Origin: Octopus sinensis
Lineage: Eukaryota
NCBI RefSeq assembly: GCF_006345805.1
Contig: NC_042998.1
Location: forward strand, 191,084,001 to 191,148,000
Reading direction: 5' to 3'
Length of the DNA stretch: 64,000 bases
Shown: positions 1 through 14,715 of the stretch, one piece after another
Numbering within the stretch: the first letter of the stretch is position 1
Layout: each line of letters begins with the position of its first letter
Program-made: the position numbers and the translations under genes
The notes under the pieces: model-generated
What the model saw: only the letters and a program-made list of their open reading frames with translations
Database searches by the model: none
What the model was told of the DNA's origin: nothing

Positions 1-2213
1 TTGAAGGCACTCAAGTTCAGAAAGTTTCTTACATAAAAGTCACTTTGAACAGAAGAAAAATATGGCTATCACGTGACATTCTCACAATTAAACGACAACG
101 TTACATTTACTAACCAAACTCTAAAAGACTCACAACAACTTGCTGGCGTTAATACCCCCTTTCTTTTTGCCTTCCATTCGCCGTTTCATTTCATCGTCCA
201 GCCGTTCCTGCATATGAATGGGGTCAAGGTCAATGTCATCGCTCATATCATAATCGTCGTTTATCTCCGCCATCTTCTTTAAAGTCTTGATGCTTCCAAT
301 TTTTGCTGTTTTGAGGAACTCACAACAAAAAAGAGTTGACTTACGTCGTTGTAGGCAGGAGTCGTTTACTAACGACTTATCCGAATTATTTGGAGTTGTG
401 CGATAGATATCTTTTAATATTCAAAATAATATGACAGGAACAACTAAGTGTCTATCAAATGTCTTTTTTTCCCAGTGAAAATAGATTTGAAAATATTACT
501 TTCAAAGTATTCTTATATACTATTTTGAAAGTAATGGAAATTCTTCAAGGGCAGTATCAAGATTTTTTTTTATTTAACTTTTGTTTTTCTTTATCAAATT
601 GTGATTGGGAAGTAAAAACCCAAATATTCTTAATCGATGAAAAAGTTGAATACTTTCAAATAAGTTCAAATTATTTAATTTGAACACATGGTAATTGTAA
701 ATGGTAATATAATCCAACGCCAAATAAAGTAGATTCCCTGGTATGTACGCTGAGATGGACGGTTACAACAAACGATTACGTTATGGTCGGAATTTAGAAT
801 AAACAAACGATAAATATAGTCAAATTTTAGTCAAAGGAAAGAAGTAAAGTTCTGTAAATAATACTCACATTAAAGAAGAAATTACGTGGCCTTGATAATA
901 TTAGTTTGTATTACAAATCGACGTATTTGTATAATTGTATAATTTCTTCAGGATAATTTATTTGTATTTGCTGAGTAAACAATTTCAACTGTGAAATTAA
1001 TACTTTTTAAATGTTAATAGCTACATAAATAAAGCCGGTCTCTTAAACAACTCCAAAATTCAAGAAATTTCAGTAACAACAGTATGATAATATTAGTTTG
1101 TCTACGTAAATTTTTTGTCTCAAAAGTAATCTTCTTGTGAAAAAATAATGGATGCCACTTCCTTTTTATCTTCTGTAAAAGTTTACAAATGATTTCTGCT
1201 CTGTTGTGTGTGCGTCTGCTGCTACTGTCCTGCCCTGTAATTATCAACCATTTAGCTTGAATTTAAATACCAGCAAAGTTATAAACCACAAAATCCAGTG
1301 TGGATCACCAGTCAAATAGGACGAAAAAACAGAACACTTTTAAGCAAAGTTGCGTAGTATTTCGGTAAATCTTTTTGAATGTTTTGGACAAAGCATCAAT
1401 GCGATGTTTAACGTTTTGTTTACTCTCATAAGTGCTTACAACAACGGCGGATTTCTTGCATATACTCGCACATACATAAATATAAACTCTTATATAAGCA
1501 TAGATACATACACATACATACACACAAGTATATATCTGCTATTTTTTCTGTTATTCTTCCATCCAATTTACCTACTTGGCCTCTAGTCCAAAATCACTAC
1601 ATATTATATCATATATTGATTCCTGCTTGATGAGAAAGGTTTCTTAATTTCCTATCAATCAGGCCAACGTTGCGCTCTAAACTATAGAGAACAGGTAATT
1701 TATTATCGTTTTTTTTATGCTGGTTTAATCTTTTTCTCTCCAGTTTTGTCTATTTCTCATTCCTCCTCCCACACCAACATATCTTTTAAACTTGAAGAAA
1801 AAATATTTTTCGGAATAAACAGATGAACTCTATCAACAACAACGACGACTACGACATCAACAACAACATCAACAACGGCAGTGGCTAGTGAGGTAGTATC
1901 TAATTTTTCTGCTAGAAAGAGAAGCTGAATGTATTTTAAATTACACTATACCGTATTCAAAAAGAAAGGGTACCTTGAAAAATGCATTCACGGAATGATT
2001 TTTACCCAACATCTGTTTGATCAGTATTAAACTGGGTTAAACGATAATAACAGATGTATCATTTCCCCAGGTCGAACTACAGTGTTCAGAGGGAAAATAG
2101 TGAAATTGACAGAGTGACTGATTAAAAGCATTATGGTATTTAGCGAAACGTACGTAGCAATAAATAATCAAAATTTATGTTTATCATAAATTTCTCATAT
2201 ACACAGACACCCA

Positions 2214-2214
<1 letters not shown>

Positions 2215-2311
<97 letters not shown>

Positions 2312-2320
2312 CCTATCTAC

Positions 2321-2383
<63 letters not shown>
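2215..2383. repeat. (ATCT)n microsatellite
   Basis: Near-perfect tetranucleotide tract; similar tracts at about 15060-15125, 31125-31215, 33479-33580, 54968-55045 and 60605-60640. Confidence 0.97.
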
Positions 2384-2758
2384 CATTTATAATCGCTTAT
2401 ATCAGGCAAAATGATGGCACCAATGACATTTTTTAGCTCCCCTAAGACTGATAGGTGTGATAAAAGACGATATCTTTGGATCCGACACCTAGCCCAACAA
2501 ATTTCGAGTAAGTGAATTCATGAAAGGCAACCAAAGGAGTATTAGTGGGATTAATACATTCTGATTTAAAAACCCTCAAGAATCAACTTTCATATATTTC
2601 AGGTGTTGATAAAAAAAGAAAAAAGAAAAATTTTGTGGTCATTGTTTAATTACACGCTTTCAAATTCTAAGTCGTACATACGACTGTACGAACGCCCTAT
2701 ATAAATCTATGGTCTTTTGTCTGCTAGAGATCAAAATATAAGTGAACACACAAGCGTA

Positions 2759-2765
2759 CGTATAT

Positions 2766-2835
<70 letters not shown>

Positions 2836-2890
2836 TATATATATATATATATAATATATATATATATTCATATATATATATATATATATT
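2759..2890. repeat. (TA)n microsatellite, representative of dozens in the window
   Basis: Interrupted TA tract; other large ones at about 3555-3830, 9061-9270, 11771-12190, 15660-15760, 15990-16190, 46565-46950, 58360-58755 and 60725-60855. Confidence 0.97.
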
Positions 2891-3039
2891 AGACTAGGAC
2901 AGCAATTATTCCTCTGGTGAATAAAGCAAGCCAAAGATTTCGATTCCCTGTTGAATCTATTTCATTTTATTTTACTTACATATATAATACCTGTGAGAAA
3001 AAAAAAATGTTGCGCAATATCATTCGAATGCAAATGTAA

Positions 3040-3075
<36 letters not shown>

Positions 3076-5394
3076 CTGTGCACGAGTGTGTGTGTGGGGT
3101 GTGTATGTGTGTGCATATAAAATCAATGTTTATCATTTACAATGTACTTAGAAGGAAGGTCACTGTAATACCCACGTGTTTTAAACACTGACTGCAATTC
3201 TTTTAAAAACCAATATTTTGAAAAGAAAATATGTCTAGATCAAAAGCTTCCATTAGAATTCTCTCATGACAAGATAAAATATTATTTACTTTAATTTATT
3301 TAGCTTCACATATTTATTCATTTTCGAGTAATATTTATTATCTATTTTGATATATTACACAAGGTACATTTTCAAAGTCAATACTTCAAAAAGAAAATAA
3401 TGATATATGGCTCAGCAAATACATTATACAGTAGTATAAGGTTTAAACATTTAATATATAAAACACGTTCGGGCCTTGTGCCCGGAGTAGAAAAGAATAT
3501 ATAATACACGTATTATTTGAACGAATATGGAAGTTTAACTTTGAATGTATGCATATACATATACATATATATATATATATATATATAATATATATATATA
3601 TAATATATATATGCACATATACATATATATATAATATATATAATATATATATATATATATATAATATATATATATATAATATTTACATATATACATACAC
3701 ACATACGTACATACATGCATATATATATATATATATATGTATATAAATGCATATATGAATATATAGATATCTGCATATACACGTACATACATATATATAT
3801 ATATATATTATATATATATAGATATATATATGCCATTTATATGTTTATACACACACTCACAAACACACACATACACACATATATATACACATCTATTTTA
3901 ATAAAAGTGCATAGTATTAATTATCCAATTCAGCCGATCTTACCAAGAGTTTCGCAGTAGATGTATAGCAGTCGCATTATACAGCCCACCGTTCTTTAGA
4001 GTTAGCAGTTATAGAAGAGAGTATGGCCACTGCTCTCTATTTTTTGAGGTGTAAAGAAACACACAGTTTGTAGTTGATATGAAAAAAAGGTGACGAAACT
4101 CAGTAAGGGATCAGATAAAAGGTCTGTCCCTTGGCAATAACAGCTTCTAGAGTTCTGCATGGCTTCATGAGTTTTGTGGGAATGTGTGAAAACGCTCTCC
4201 CTACATTGTCATGGGGAATGCGCTGTATGCGTATTCCCTATGGTTTCATAAGTACCTGCGCTATTGTTTTTGCGTGTTTTGGTCAAATTATTCGGAGTAT
4301 TTGTCTAGGAATGCAACGTATGTAGGAGTACTGTATTGGGGATGAAAGAAGCGTATTGAGTTAATGTCCACCCATGTTAGGGCATATATGCTTCTCAGTT
4401 CGTTTTCGTATGTTTTGGCCAACTACATATATACATAGTGTGTGCGTGTGTGTATGTGTGTGGGGGCGTGCGCGTAGTTCTTCTTAACCTAATTTTCATA
4501 GTTTGCTTCAGTATCCATGTATATATATATATCTATATATATATATATCTATATATATATATATATATAATATATATATTATATAGATATGTTCATATAT
4601 TAAGTAGATATACATAACCATTACATACATTCATAGAGGTAGAATACACATATCCTATATATATACTTTATATAAAATTTCATTGTAAATTATACAATAA
4701 TCAATAACTGAAATAAACAGAACCGAAGATTTCATATATGTAATGATTGCCAATATATCTGAAAACAAAGCAGATTATCAACGAAATTAAAGATGTATCG
4801 GTTGTTTAATAGCCCCACGTGATAATTGCATGCATGTAGTGGCACCCTCAGGCCACGCCAACATTCTAAAAATTTCAGTAACAACTCTTCATTTTGATGC
4901 GATACTTCCTACTTAGCTTTCCATGACATATGGTTTCACGTTACAGAAAATGCCATTGACGCTGCTCAGCCATCACTGATTAGGCTACAAATTGAATCGA
5001 ATTTGCAATTAATTCTGCTTTTGAATTTGTTACACTAATAATATATCAATGATCCCAGTTAGTTTTTATTGGCGCTCTATTTGCTTTGAAAATATTTGTG
5101 AATATATATGTGAAAGTAAGTTAAATTCAACCCAATGACTTTTATATAAGATATAAATCTAAAACAGAAAACATAGTCAGTTTTATTATCAATGTCCACT
5201 GTTGTTCCAGGCTGCATTCTTAACAGCAATATATGTATCTGTTGATACTCATTGGTCATATTTTACAGTTACTGAACAGGGAAACATCAGTTATTCAATA
5301 TCGGTAAGAATCGTAAATCTAAGGTGTAGATTTTGTTTATAAAGGTTACATTCTCCACGAATTTTCTTATGTTGAAGAAAACTTAGTGGGGTCA

Positions 5395-5431
<37 letters not shown>

Positions 5432-6164
5432 GTAGTCGATATGAAATAAACTTGTGCTTCAATAAGTTACTGCATTAATATGTAGAAACATAGACTGTCA
5501 GCAGCTCATGTCTTTTTTCTTATCAGCTTATGCAACCCTTCCAATATCTTCTCTTGACTTCGTTTCTATACCTCATAGTAGAATAACATAACGCATAATA
5601 CATCGTATATAGCATACAGATAATCACCAATATTTATCACATTAACAATGGCTATCCAGACGCGATGTAATTTCACACATGACACCGTTAGATAGATTAT
5701 TTACTACTAAACCTAAAATAAACACCATAGATACTACTTTTTTTCTATCTTACTCAACCTTGCCTTAATACTAGTGGATTATTCTTATGTGCCAAAGCTG
5801 TGCTTTTTTTCAAAAGAAAAGATTATGTGTTTGTATGTGTAGGTGTATGTATGTCTATGTGTATGTATGTGTTTCTACGTATATCTCATTATTATAGTTA
5901 TAATGATGCTAGTTATTGTTTTTATCGTTACTACTGTATAAAAGGTATGCAGGGTCTACTCGCAGACCTATAGGTTTGTATCAAACACTTACTGAATGAA
6001 AATGTCCACTAATGTTAATAAAAATACATAGATAAATTAAAAGAATAAACATTAATAATCCTAATAACTACCAGCCCGAAACAAAAACAACAAGAACAAC
6101 AATTATAGTGACGAGGACGATAGTGATGGACATGACTTTTGTATTGGTCAGTGGGATCCAAATA

Positions 6165-6385
6165 TTGGGTTGTCCGGAAAGTTCGTGCCGATTTATAGTA
6201 GCTTACCTTTCGACTTATTTTAGAACATGGTTGAGTCCATACAATAGGATTTGACTACACCTCCATTTAGAGCACAGTTTTCGTGGAAGAAGGTTTATGT
6301 TCCTATAACCTGTGTGAATTCTGTAAGCCTTTAGAATGGAAGATAAGAAAGTTCATTTTCGGCACTAATTTTCCGGACAACCCAA
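6165..6385 (+). mobile_element. Non-autonomous mariner element (MITE), 221 bp
   Basis: 27-bp TIRs (TTGGGTTGTCCGGAAAGTTCGTGCCGA vs TCGGCACTAATTTTCCGGACAACCCAA, 25/27 match) flanked by TA at 6163-64 and 6386-87; contains a mariner-like transposase start MEDKKVHFRH at 6336-6365. Confidence 0.9.
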
Positions 6386-6846
6386 TACTTTGAAGACTGT
6401 TCTAGGGTGAAAACAAAAATGTTTATACCAGTTTATATCAGTCCAAACAAGCAAAATTTATAACAAAACATAATAATAAAATCTTAACAAAACAAATTCC
6501 AATTTATGGGGAGGGATGATCACTCGGATAAATCAAAGGAAATGCTATCTACATTTTCGGATTATCCTGTCGCATCCAAGACACCAAAATTGCAATAATA
6601 ATTACTAACATTAGCAGAAATACATTTACCCCGGTGTTTGCCAATTTTCCTACATACATCGAGAAACTAACGTATAAATAAATAAATGCAGACATATACA
6701 GAGCACCCATATGTTAGCACACAGCTATATGCTATGATTTTGCAGGTTTCATGAATTTTATTGTATTACAAAATCTGTAAGATTTATACGGATTATATGT
6801 GTATCCTATTAAAAAATATCCAGTCACTTTTACGAATACTACTCTG

Positions 6847-6877
<31 letters not shown>

Positions 6878-7098
6878 TGTATGTATGTATGTATGTATGT
6901 ATGTATGCATGCATACTTATATATATGCACCTATGTATACATGTATTCATGCATGTTTGTATGCATTTATGTATGCATGTATATTTGTATGTTTGTTTAT
7001 ATATATTAAAGGTAGAATTAAAGATAATGCTATGCCACTTAGTAATAATCGTTATTATTACTGTTGTTGATATATATCAATAGTATTATATATATATA

Positions 7099-7139
<41 letters not shown>

Positions 7140-7151
7140 GCATACATATTT

Positions 7152-7276
7152 ACGGTTACTAATAGGTGCAGTTGAAACATATGGGGTCTATGAAATCTGT
7201 TATACATAAAAAGAATAAAGGTAATGTTATGCCACTCAGTAATAATCATTATTATTATTGTTGGTTGATATATAAA

Positions 7277-7320
<44 letters not shown>

Positions 7321-7464
7321 CACATGCATACATATTTATATATATCAACAACAATAATAATAATGATTATTACTGAGTGGCATAACATTACCTTTAATTC
7401 TTTTTATGTATATACAGATTTACATAGACCCACATATGTTTCAACTGCACCTATTAGTAACCGT
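7152..7464. repeat. Inverted repeat, arms about 123-127 bp, with (TA)n-rich spacer
   Basis: 7152-7274 is the reverse complement of 7338-7464; a more diverged direct partial copy lies at about 7009-7076. Confidence 0.92.
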
Positions 7465-8896
7465 TGCAATTGCAACCCTCCTATCATATCTTGTATATAT
7501 ATACATATAGATAAGTTACACTTCAAATTATTGTTTCGTTTGGACTAAACCCAGTGTGCATGCGTGTGTGCATTTCTAACAACCTATGCGCTGGTCGACA
7601 TTATTTCTGTGTCCGTGTCCGTGTTTAAACTATTGGTACATGCAGATATATGTGTATATGCCTATGCATATGCGTATCATACTGTAGTCAACAACTCAAT
7701 GCAGTAGTTCATATATATCTGTCAATGCTAATAATGCTATTCACAAGCTGGTTACCGCGGTCATTGACTTTCCTAACACAAGAAAACATTCACCTAAAAT
7801 CGATCAATTCTTCTCTATTTCTTTATAGATTCAAATTTCCCCTTCCATTTTACTCCATTTCTCCTCTCTGCTTATCATCTCACCATCTTTCAAATTCCTT
7901 TCCATTCTGTCTGCAGTTACCTTTCTCTCTCAGTTCTTTGACTCCCCCATTCAAAAAGCAGTAATCAATTGTGTGCCAATCCCTGCTCTGTTTAAGTTCT
8001 CATGAATTTACGGACAAACAACAATTTGTTCTCGGTACCCGGGGAAGCACCTAAACCGAAACGTCAGAAATTACTTCCAGTGACTTACAAAATCACTATA
8101 TAGATCCAAGAAATACACTTATACAACTTTTGTTGACGCAGACGCCTAAACGATTATTGTCTAGACATGGAAATACAAATTAAAGTAGACGCAGACACAC
8201 TTACCCAAACACAATACGTTGTGGATGTATATATATATATATATAATATATATAATATATATATATATATATAATATATATATATATTACACACACACAT
8301 ATATATATATATATCTTTATATTTATGCATACATGTTTATATACATAAACACGCAGACGCAAATACAGTTTGTAATGAACGAAAGAGTGTTCAATAGTAG
8401 AAGCCTTCTTTACCAGATGTCTGATGAATGCATATATGAATGCATATATAACCACTTTTGGTTATGCTATTAATCTCAATTACTTGGAACTGTACAGGAA
8501 TACATGATAAGCAGGAGCGTAAATTGACTAAAGGCTTAACCCACCTTCGATATTGTAAATAAAAATTTGAAGGGCTTAAGGGTACGATAAAAATGCGTGC
8601 CATATATGATACGAAGCATAATTATCAGATACGTTAAAACTGTGTTTGTCTATGTTTCCTATATACAAGCAAGCGAGTTATTTCTTTCGTAATGTTTATT
8701 CAAACAGAATTCTAAAATGTTTGCATTCCCGAATTTTACAGAGTAAACGAGCAAGATCTCACTCCGTACACAAATATGTGTGTGTATCTCTGTATGTGTA
8801 TGTATATATATATATATATGTGTGTGTGTGTTTGTAAATTATATACATACATTCCGAAGTCAGGACGCCATGATAGATCATTAGGTCCTACGCGCA

Positions 8897-9059
8897 TTTT
8901 TTTCTCTCCTTGTTTTTTTTATGTGTATCTTTCTGTCGAAGAGCGTAGGCTCGAAACGTAAAAGACTTTTTCTATTTCTATTCTGAACGCTATACTAATA
9001 CATTTGTTTGTTCATACTCCACCTGCTTCGTCTTTTGTTTATTTTCGTAAACTTTCCCT
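8897..9059 (+). mobile_element. Short dispersed repeat (Penelope pLTR-like remnant), family A copy 1
   Basis: Alignable by eye with 11611-11770 (+), 24251-24420 (-) and 53428-53560 (-); shared GAGCGTAGGCTCGAAACGT core; ends at a (TA)n tract. Confidence 0.7.
8928..8965 (+). ncRNA. Minimal type I hammerhead-ribozyme-like motif, A6U core variant
   Basis: TCTTT / CTGTCGA / A / GAGC-gtag-GCTC / GAA / ACGT / A / AAAGA = helix I, core box, helix II, GAA, palindromic helix III, H17, helix I partner. Confidence 0.55.
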
Positions 9060-9122
9060 TTATATATATATTATGTATATATAGTATATATATATAATAT
9101 ATATATATATTATATATAATAT

Positions 9123-9199
<77 letters not shown>

Positions 9200-9212
9200 T
9201 ATATATATATAA

Positions 9213-9267
<55 letters not shown>

Positions 9268-9663
9268 CATGTATACACACACATATAAGGCACTGTGACG
9301 TTTCGCGCGAAACTTCTTCCTCAGGAAGAAAGTGAATGTGAGAAAGGGATGACAATAAACAATAAAATGAAAAAAAAGGGGAAAATTGGTGTTGCTTATA
9401 TCAGGCCACATCAAGAATGATCGGAATTGAAGTGGAACGGAAAATGTCGATTCAAGAAAGAGCAACAAATCAGATCCGTGCTGTGAGTGACTGACTGTTG
9501 TGTATACATTTACTCGGGCGTAATTGGTTTTTCTTTTAGGGTCATGTGTTTCGTTTATTTTAAAGACGCTATTGTTTGTGTGAGAATGTAAAATATGAGA
9601 ACACATATTTTCATTTTGACTTCTGTACTGCATTCGTCCAAAGTGAACCATTGTGCAACGCGT

Positions 9664-9721
9664 ACGTGTGTGTCCGTGTGTGTGTGGTGTGTGTGTGTGT
9701 GTGTGTGTGCGTGCGTGTGTG

Positions 9722-9770
<49 letters not shown>

Positions 9771-9775
9771 GTGTG
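9664..9775. repeat. (GT)n microsatellite
   Basis: Interrupted GT tract; explains overlapping poly-HT/poly-CV ORFs. Confidence 0.95.
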
Positions 9776-10732
9776 TCCATTGTGAGCTTGTGGCCATTAG
9801 TGAGTGCATTTCTGAGTAATAATGGTTTACTTAAGAAATGTGCTTGTGTGTGTATTGTGTAAAGGTGTGTTTTATCCTACATCTGATGTATATGATGTTG
9901 ATGTAGAATATTTTATGCCTGTGTGCATTTGCGTGTAAAGTGACTCTGTGCTAGAGAAGTGCTTTCAATATGTTTCTGTGCGTTTATTGTATTGTAGAAA
10001 TTGCGTGTGTTACAAATGTTGCATTTGACTGTCAATATGCATAGCATAGCATGTACATTTACATGCGTTATATATATATATGCTTTGAACAAATTGATAA
10101 TTTGTAGGTTTGTTTTAGCAGCACAGAGAGACTATCGAAAATGCTTAGATTCTAGATGGATTCACATCCAAAACCGTTCGAACTAGCAACCGGAAATAAA
10201 TATCACATACCTACATACACACGTAGGTACGTAAATACGTGTAATCATACACGCACATACCTAAACATATACATACAGAAAGGCGCTTACAGACGAACAG
10301 ATATACAAAATGAGCTTGACAGCGCTGCATATAATTTCATAAACCCCACATATAAATCAAAAGCAGTTCTTGCCGAAATAGGTAGAAAGTCATAGATGTG
10401 TCAGAGAAATCAATAACGCTGTATGCTGTGGCATCCACCAAGTGAGGCCTGACAGGCAACTATAAGATCCGTGACCTACATCTGTAAGCTTATGCTATAC
10501 TCTCCTAAGGTGCCAGCAACGTATTGACAACTTTATAGGTTGATAAAATTACTCTTTCTTTTGGCATCTATTTTTGGCCTCGTCTTCTTTTTACTTACGT
10601 CTACTTCCGGTAACCATAATTCAATATGCTGCAGTTATCTTTGTGTCTTTTGTTACAATTCATACAGTCGAAATATATATTTGTATCGACTAATATCAAT
10701 ATATACATATAGCTACACAGACATACGTACGA

Positions 10733-10773
<41 letters not shown>

Positions 10774-11115
10774 TATACACGCATATATATATAATACACA
10801 CATAAATGCACATACATCCAAATACATACACACACGCACACGCAGGCACATACACACACAGCTATATATACATCTGTAACGTCGCAAGATATATTGACAT
10901 ATATGCTAATACATACAATTATAGAACCAAGACTATTTTTTCACATATTTTACTTCGCTGTTTTCTTAACCAATTTGGTCGGTTCTTTATATATAACTTT
11001 TTATTGATCAGGAGTGTAGCTATCGATTTGGATACATACCAGACATGCTATAATTTTCTGTCTAGTGGGATATATATTATCCTTTACGCACAGACATACA
11101 CACAAATGTGTCTAC

Positions 11116-11146
<31 letters not shown>

Positions 11147-11180
11147 CACATATATACATATATATATATACACATATATA

Positions 11181-11218
<38 letters not shown>

Positions 11219-11288
11219 GCATATGTATGTATGTATCTATATCTATCAATCTACATGTATATATATCCTCCCTCTATCACTCTCCCTC

Positions 11289-11340
<52 letters not shown>

Positions 11341-11610
11341 ATATATATATATGTAGCTTATTTACAGTGCTGATTCACTCCACTGTTACTCGCAGTTACC
11401 CGCCATATGTAACGGTTATGCGAAAATCATGCTGAATTCATACTAATGATGTCAGTTAGATCGATTTTCGTCTGTCAAGTATAATGATGTATTTTGCATG
11501 TGTGTTTGTGTTTGTGTGTGTCCGTTTCCATATATACATACGTACATTCACTCCTGTATATATATAACTTTTGGTATTTCAAAATGTAACTACATTTGAA
11601 TCGTTGGCCA

Positions 11611-11767
11611 TTTTCTTCCTCCATCTTCCCTTCTATTGGACTTTCCTCAGTTTCCGAAGAAGAGCGTCTGCTCGAAACGTTAGCCATCTCTACTTCCCTG
11701 AGCGTCCGCTAATATTTACATGCACCATGTCCTCGAGCTGTTGTTTTTGTGTTTGTTCTTTTTGGGA

Positions 11768-11770
<3 letters not shown>
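11611..11770 (+). mobile_element. Family A repeat copy 2 with hammerhead-like motif at 11650-11685
   Basis: CCGAAGA-A-GAGC-gtct-GCTC-GAAACGTT; downstream CTGAGCGT..CTAATA block shared with copy 1; ends at (TA)n. More diverged, helix I weak. Confidence 0.6.
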
Positions 11771-11842
<72 letters not shown>

Positions 11843-11998
11843 CATGTATATATATTGTACATGCATATATATATATATATAATATAATATATATATATAT
11901 ATATATAATATATATATATAATGCATTATATATGAATATAATATATATATATGAATGTATGTATAAATGCATACATACATATGTAAGCACATATAAGT

Positions 11999-12066
<68 letters not shown>

Positions 12067-14162
12067 CATATATATATATATATATATATATAATATACAT
12101 ATATATATATACATATATTACATATGCAATACATATACAATATGCTTATTATACATATATATATACATATATATATAATATATAATATATAGTATAAAGT
12201 TATGCTTGCGTGTCTGTGTTTGTGTTTGTCCTGCCACCATCACTTGACATCCGATGCTGGTGTCTTTACATCCCCGTACTTAGCGGTTTAAAAGTTTAAA
12301 AATAAAATACTCTGAAGACACTTAATTTGAAGAAACAGGTAAGTCTAGTTACTTCACCTGTCGAACTTATATAAGTTCTTCCTGAATTCGGCCCAGTTAG
12401 TTTGTCTTTTTGACAAAACAGATAAATATATCCCGTTTGTAATTGTTCTTGTTTGTCACAGGTCAACTCCGATCAAAGATGTTAGGATGCTTATTTTTTT
12501 TTAACGTATAAATGAGATTTGACTGTCATTTTTTACAGGTTGAGCAACCAGTCACATATTTCTTCAATCAGTCGTGTTATGACTTTCAAGTCAAATAAGA
12601 ATCCCTTTAAAGTTGTCAAATGTCCATTTTTTATCATCTGCTCTATCGCTCTCTTTTCGCTAACTGTTTTATTATATGAGATCTTTTTAATATATAAAAT
12701 GCTTTAGGTTATTAAATTACACGTTATTCTTATCACCTTCTCTGCACATTAAATGTATTTCAAACTTAACAATTACTCGCTGCAAGCAAATATATTTGAC
12801 CTGAAGTGTCTATTGAACTCTTAAACTCTTTAAAACCAAAGAATTGTTAAGATTTCGAATACATTATTTCAACATTAATGCTATATTCCTTTTAGATGAT
12901 CAAAAACGAGCCAGGAAGACATTTAACAACAAAGAACTATCGAAAATATAAAAAAAAAGAAGTTTAGATCAAGTTTCGATCAGTTTGCTACCAACCCCAA
13001 CCAAAAAATAAAAACAAAAAAGGTAAAAAATGAAAAAAAAGATTACAAAGAAATGAAATTGCAGCCTGGAAGATCAAATATCGACGCTATTGTAGTTTAG
13101 AGAAGTAGAATAAGAATGGGTGTCGATAAAACCGTATATTTTCTATGCGCTTGAAAACAGACGAATAATTTTGGTACATAATGGAAAAAGGCATAAAAAT
13201 AAATAAATGCAAGAAAAATATACAAATGGTAATGTATGTATGTATGTATGCATGTATGTATGATGTATGTATACGTCACACGATCTATTTGACTAACTGC
13301 TACAATCAGTATGCATATACTAAGATGAATGATACAAAACAATGTTAGGATCTCCAGTAGTTTAGTGGACAGTTTAAGTACTATTGTAAAATTCTCATAA
13401 TACTCCCTCACCCTCCTCCTTCCCCTCTCAGTGTCTCCTACTCTCACTATTTCATTTGTTCATTCTCTATCATTCTGGCACAAACATAAACATAAACATG
13501 CACCGACTACTTTGCACAGCAATATACACGATCAAGATAGTAAACTGCATAGTCTGAGCTTCTGCTTTCCTCCTCTTCTCCAGTAATGGCTATCTTTGTT
13601 ACGCTGCCAAGAATAAGCTCCTACATCTTCTATATTTTTGAGGAAATTATAACACAATTTCCTGGTAAATATTCATATATGAATATTTATGAGACTTTCA
13701 CAACCGTATCAACTTCATCTTTTATACCTAAAACTAAGTCAGCGCCATATATAACACTGATTATATTAAATTATTTACAAGACGGACATGTGGAGTTTTA
13801 TCCACACTAGCTCTTACTGCAGAATAACAAAGTACGGAATAAGTAGGATTATGGAAGCTTGGCCATGAAATAAGGTTTCAGAATGTTGCACAATTCTTAA
13901 ACTCGAAGAACGAAAACCTACAAAAAAAATCAAGAATTTATCATTTTCATTGCCAAGAAATAGTCAAGAAACTATTTTTATGTTGAAACGAATTATGAAA
14001 ACAGCAGTTAAATGTTGAACCCATGTGTGGTAGTTGTTTCAAGTATCCCTTTTCGTTTGGTTCAAGAGATTAGAAGTGGGTATGCTCGTATGACTGCTAG
14101 AACTATGAGGAATATATATATATATTTTTAAAATTTTATCTAGTCTCAGCTCACGAGCTGTG

Positions 14163-14222
<60 letters not shown>

Positions 14223-14684
14223 TTATATTCTACATATCTATATATATTATATATTAATATATATATATATATATATATATGACGTAGTGTAATTTAATGA
14301 GCAGAATCTATCAGCGATATATACATATATATTTTCGCAGTGTACCATATACCACTATATTAACCATTAACAACTAATACCCAACGGACTGTATATCCAA
14401 TTTGTGAATTATCTTGTTATGACTCTACGCCATGATAATCTTATTTCAGATTCACATTTTGTTATTGTTTTGTTCACAAATATTTCTTATTTAGTTGTGT
14501 TCTCAATTTTCATTGTATATATTATTTCTCCAGCAGTTAAGTTATCTAAGTGTATTTTCTTTGTTTACCATTAAGTCTATTTGATTCCGACGTGTTTCTA
14601 TTATTGCATTTGTATGAATAAAAAGGAATTCCTAGACGAAATCCAAGTGTTTGTTCATGGTTATTCATTTGCCATATATATATG

Positions 14685-14715
<31 letters not shown>

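Noticed and set aside
4800-4990. CACGTG, GCCACGCC and TGACG motifs close together
   Set aside because: Short motifs with no supporting transcript-start features.
8029-8070. CCGGGGA-A-G...C-GAAACGTC hammerhead-like string
   Set aside because: Two core mismatches, no helix II and helix I out of register; could be chance or a very old relic.
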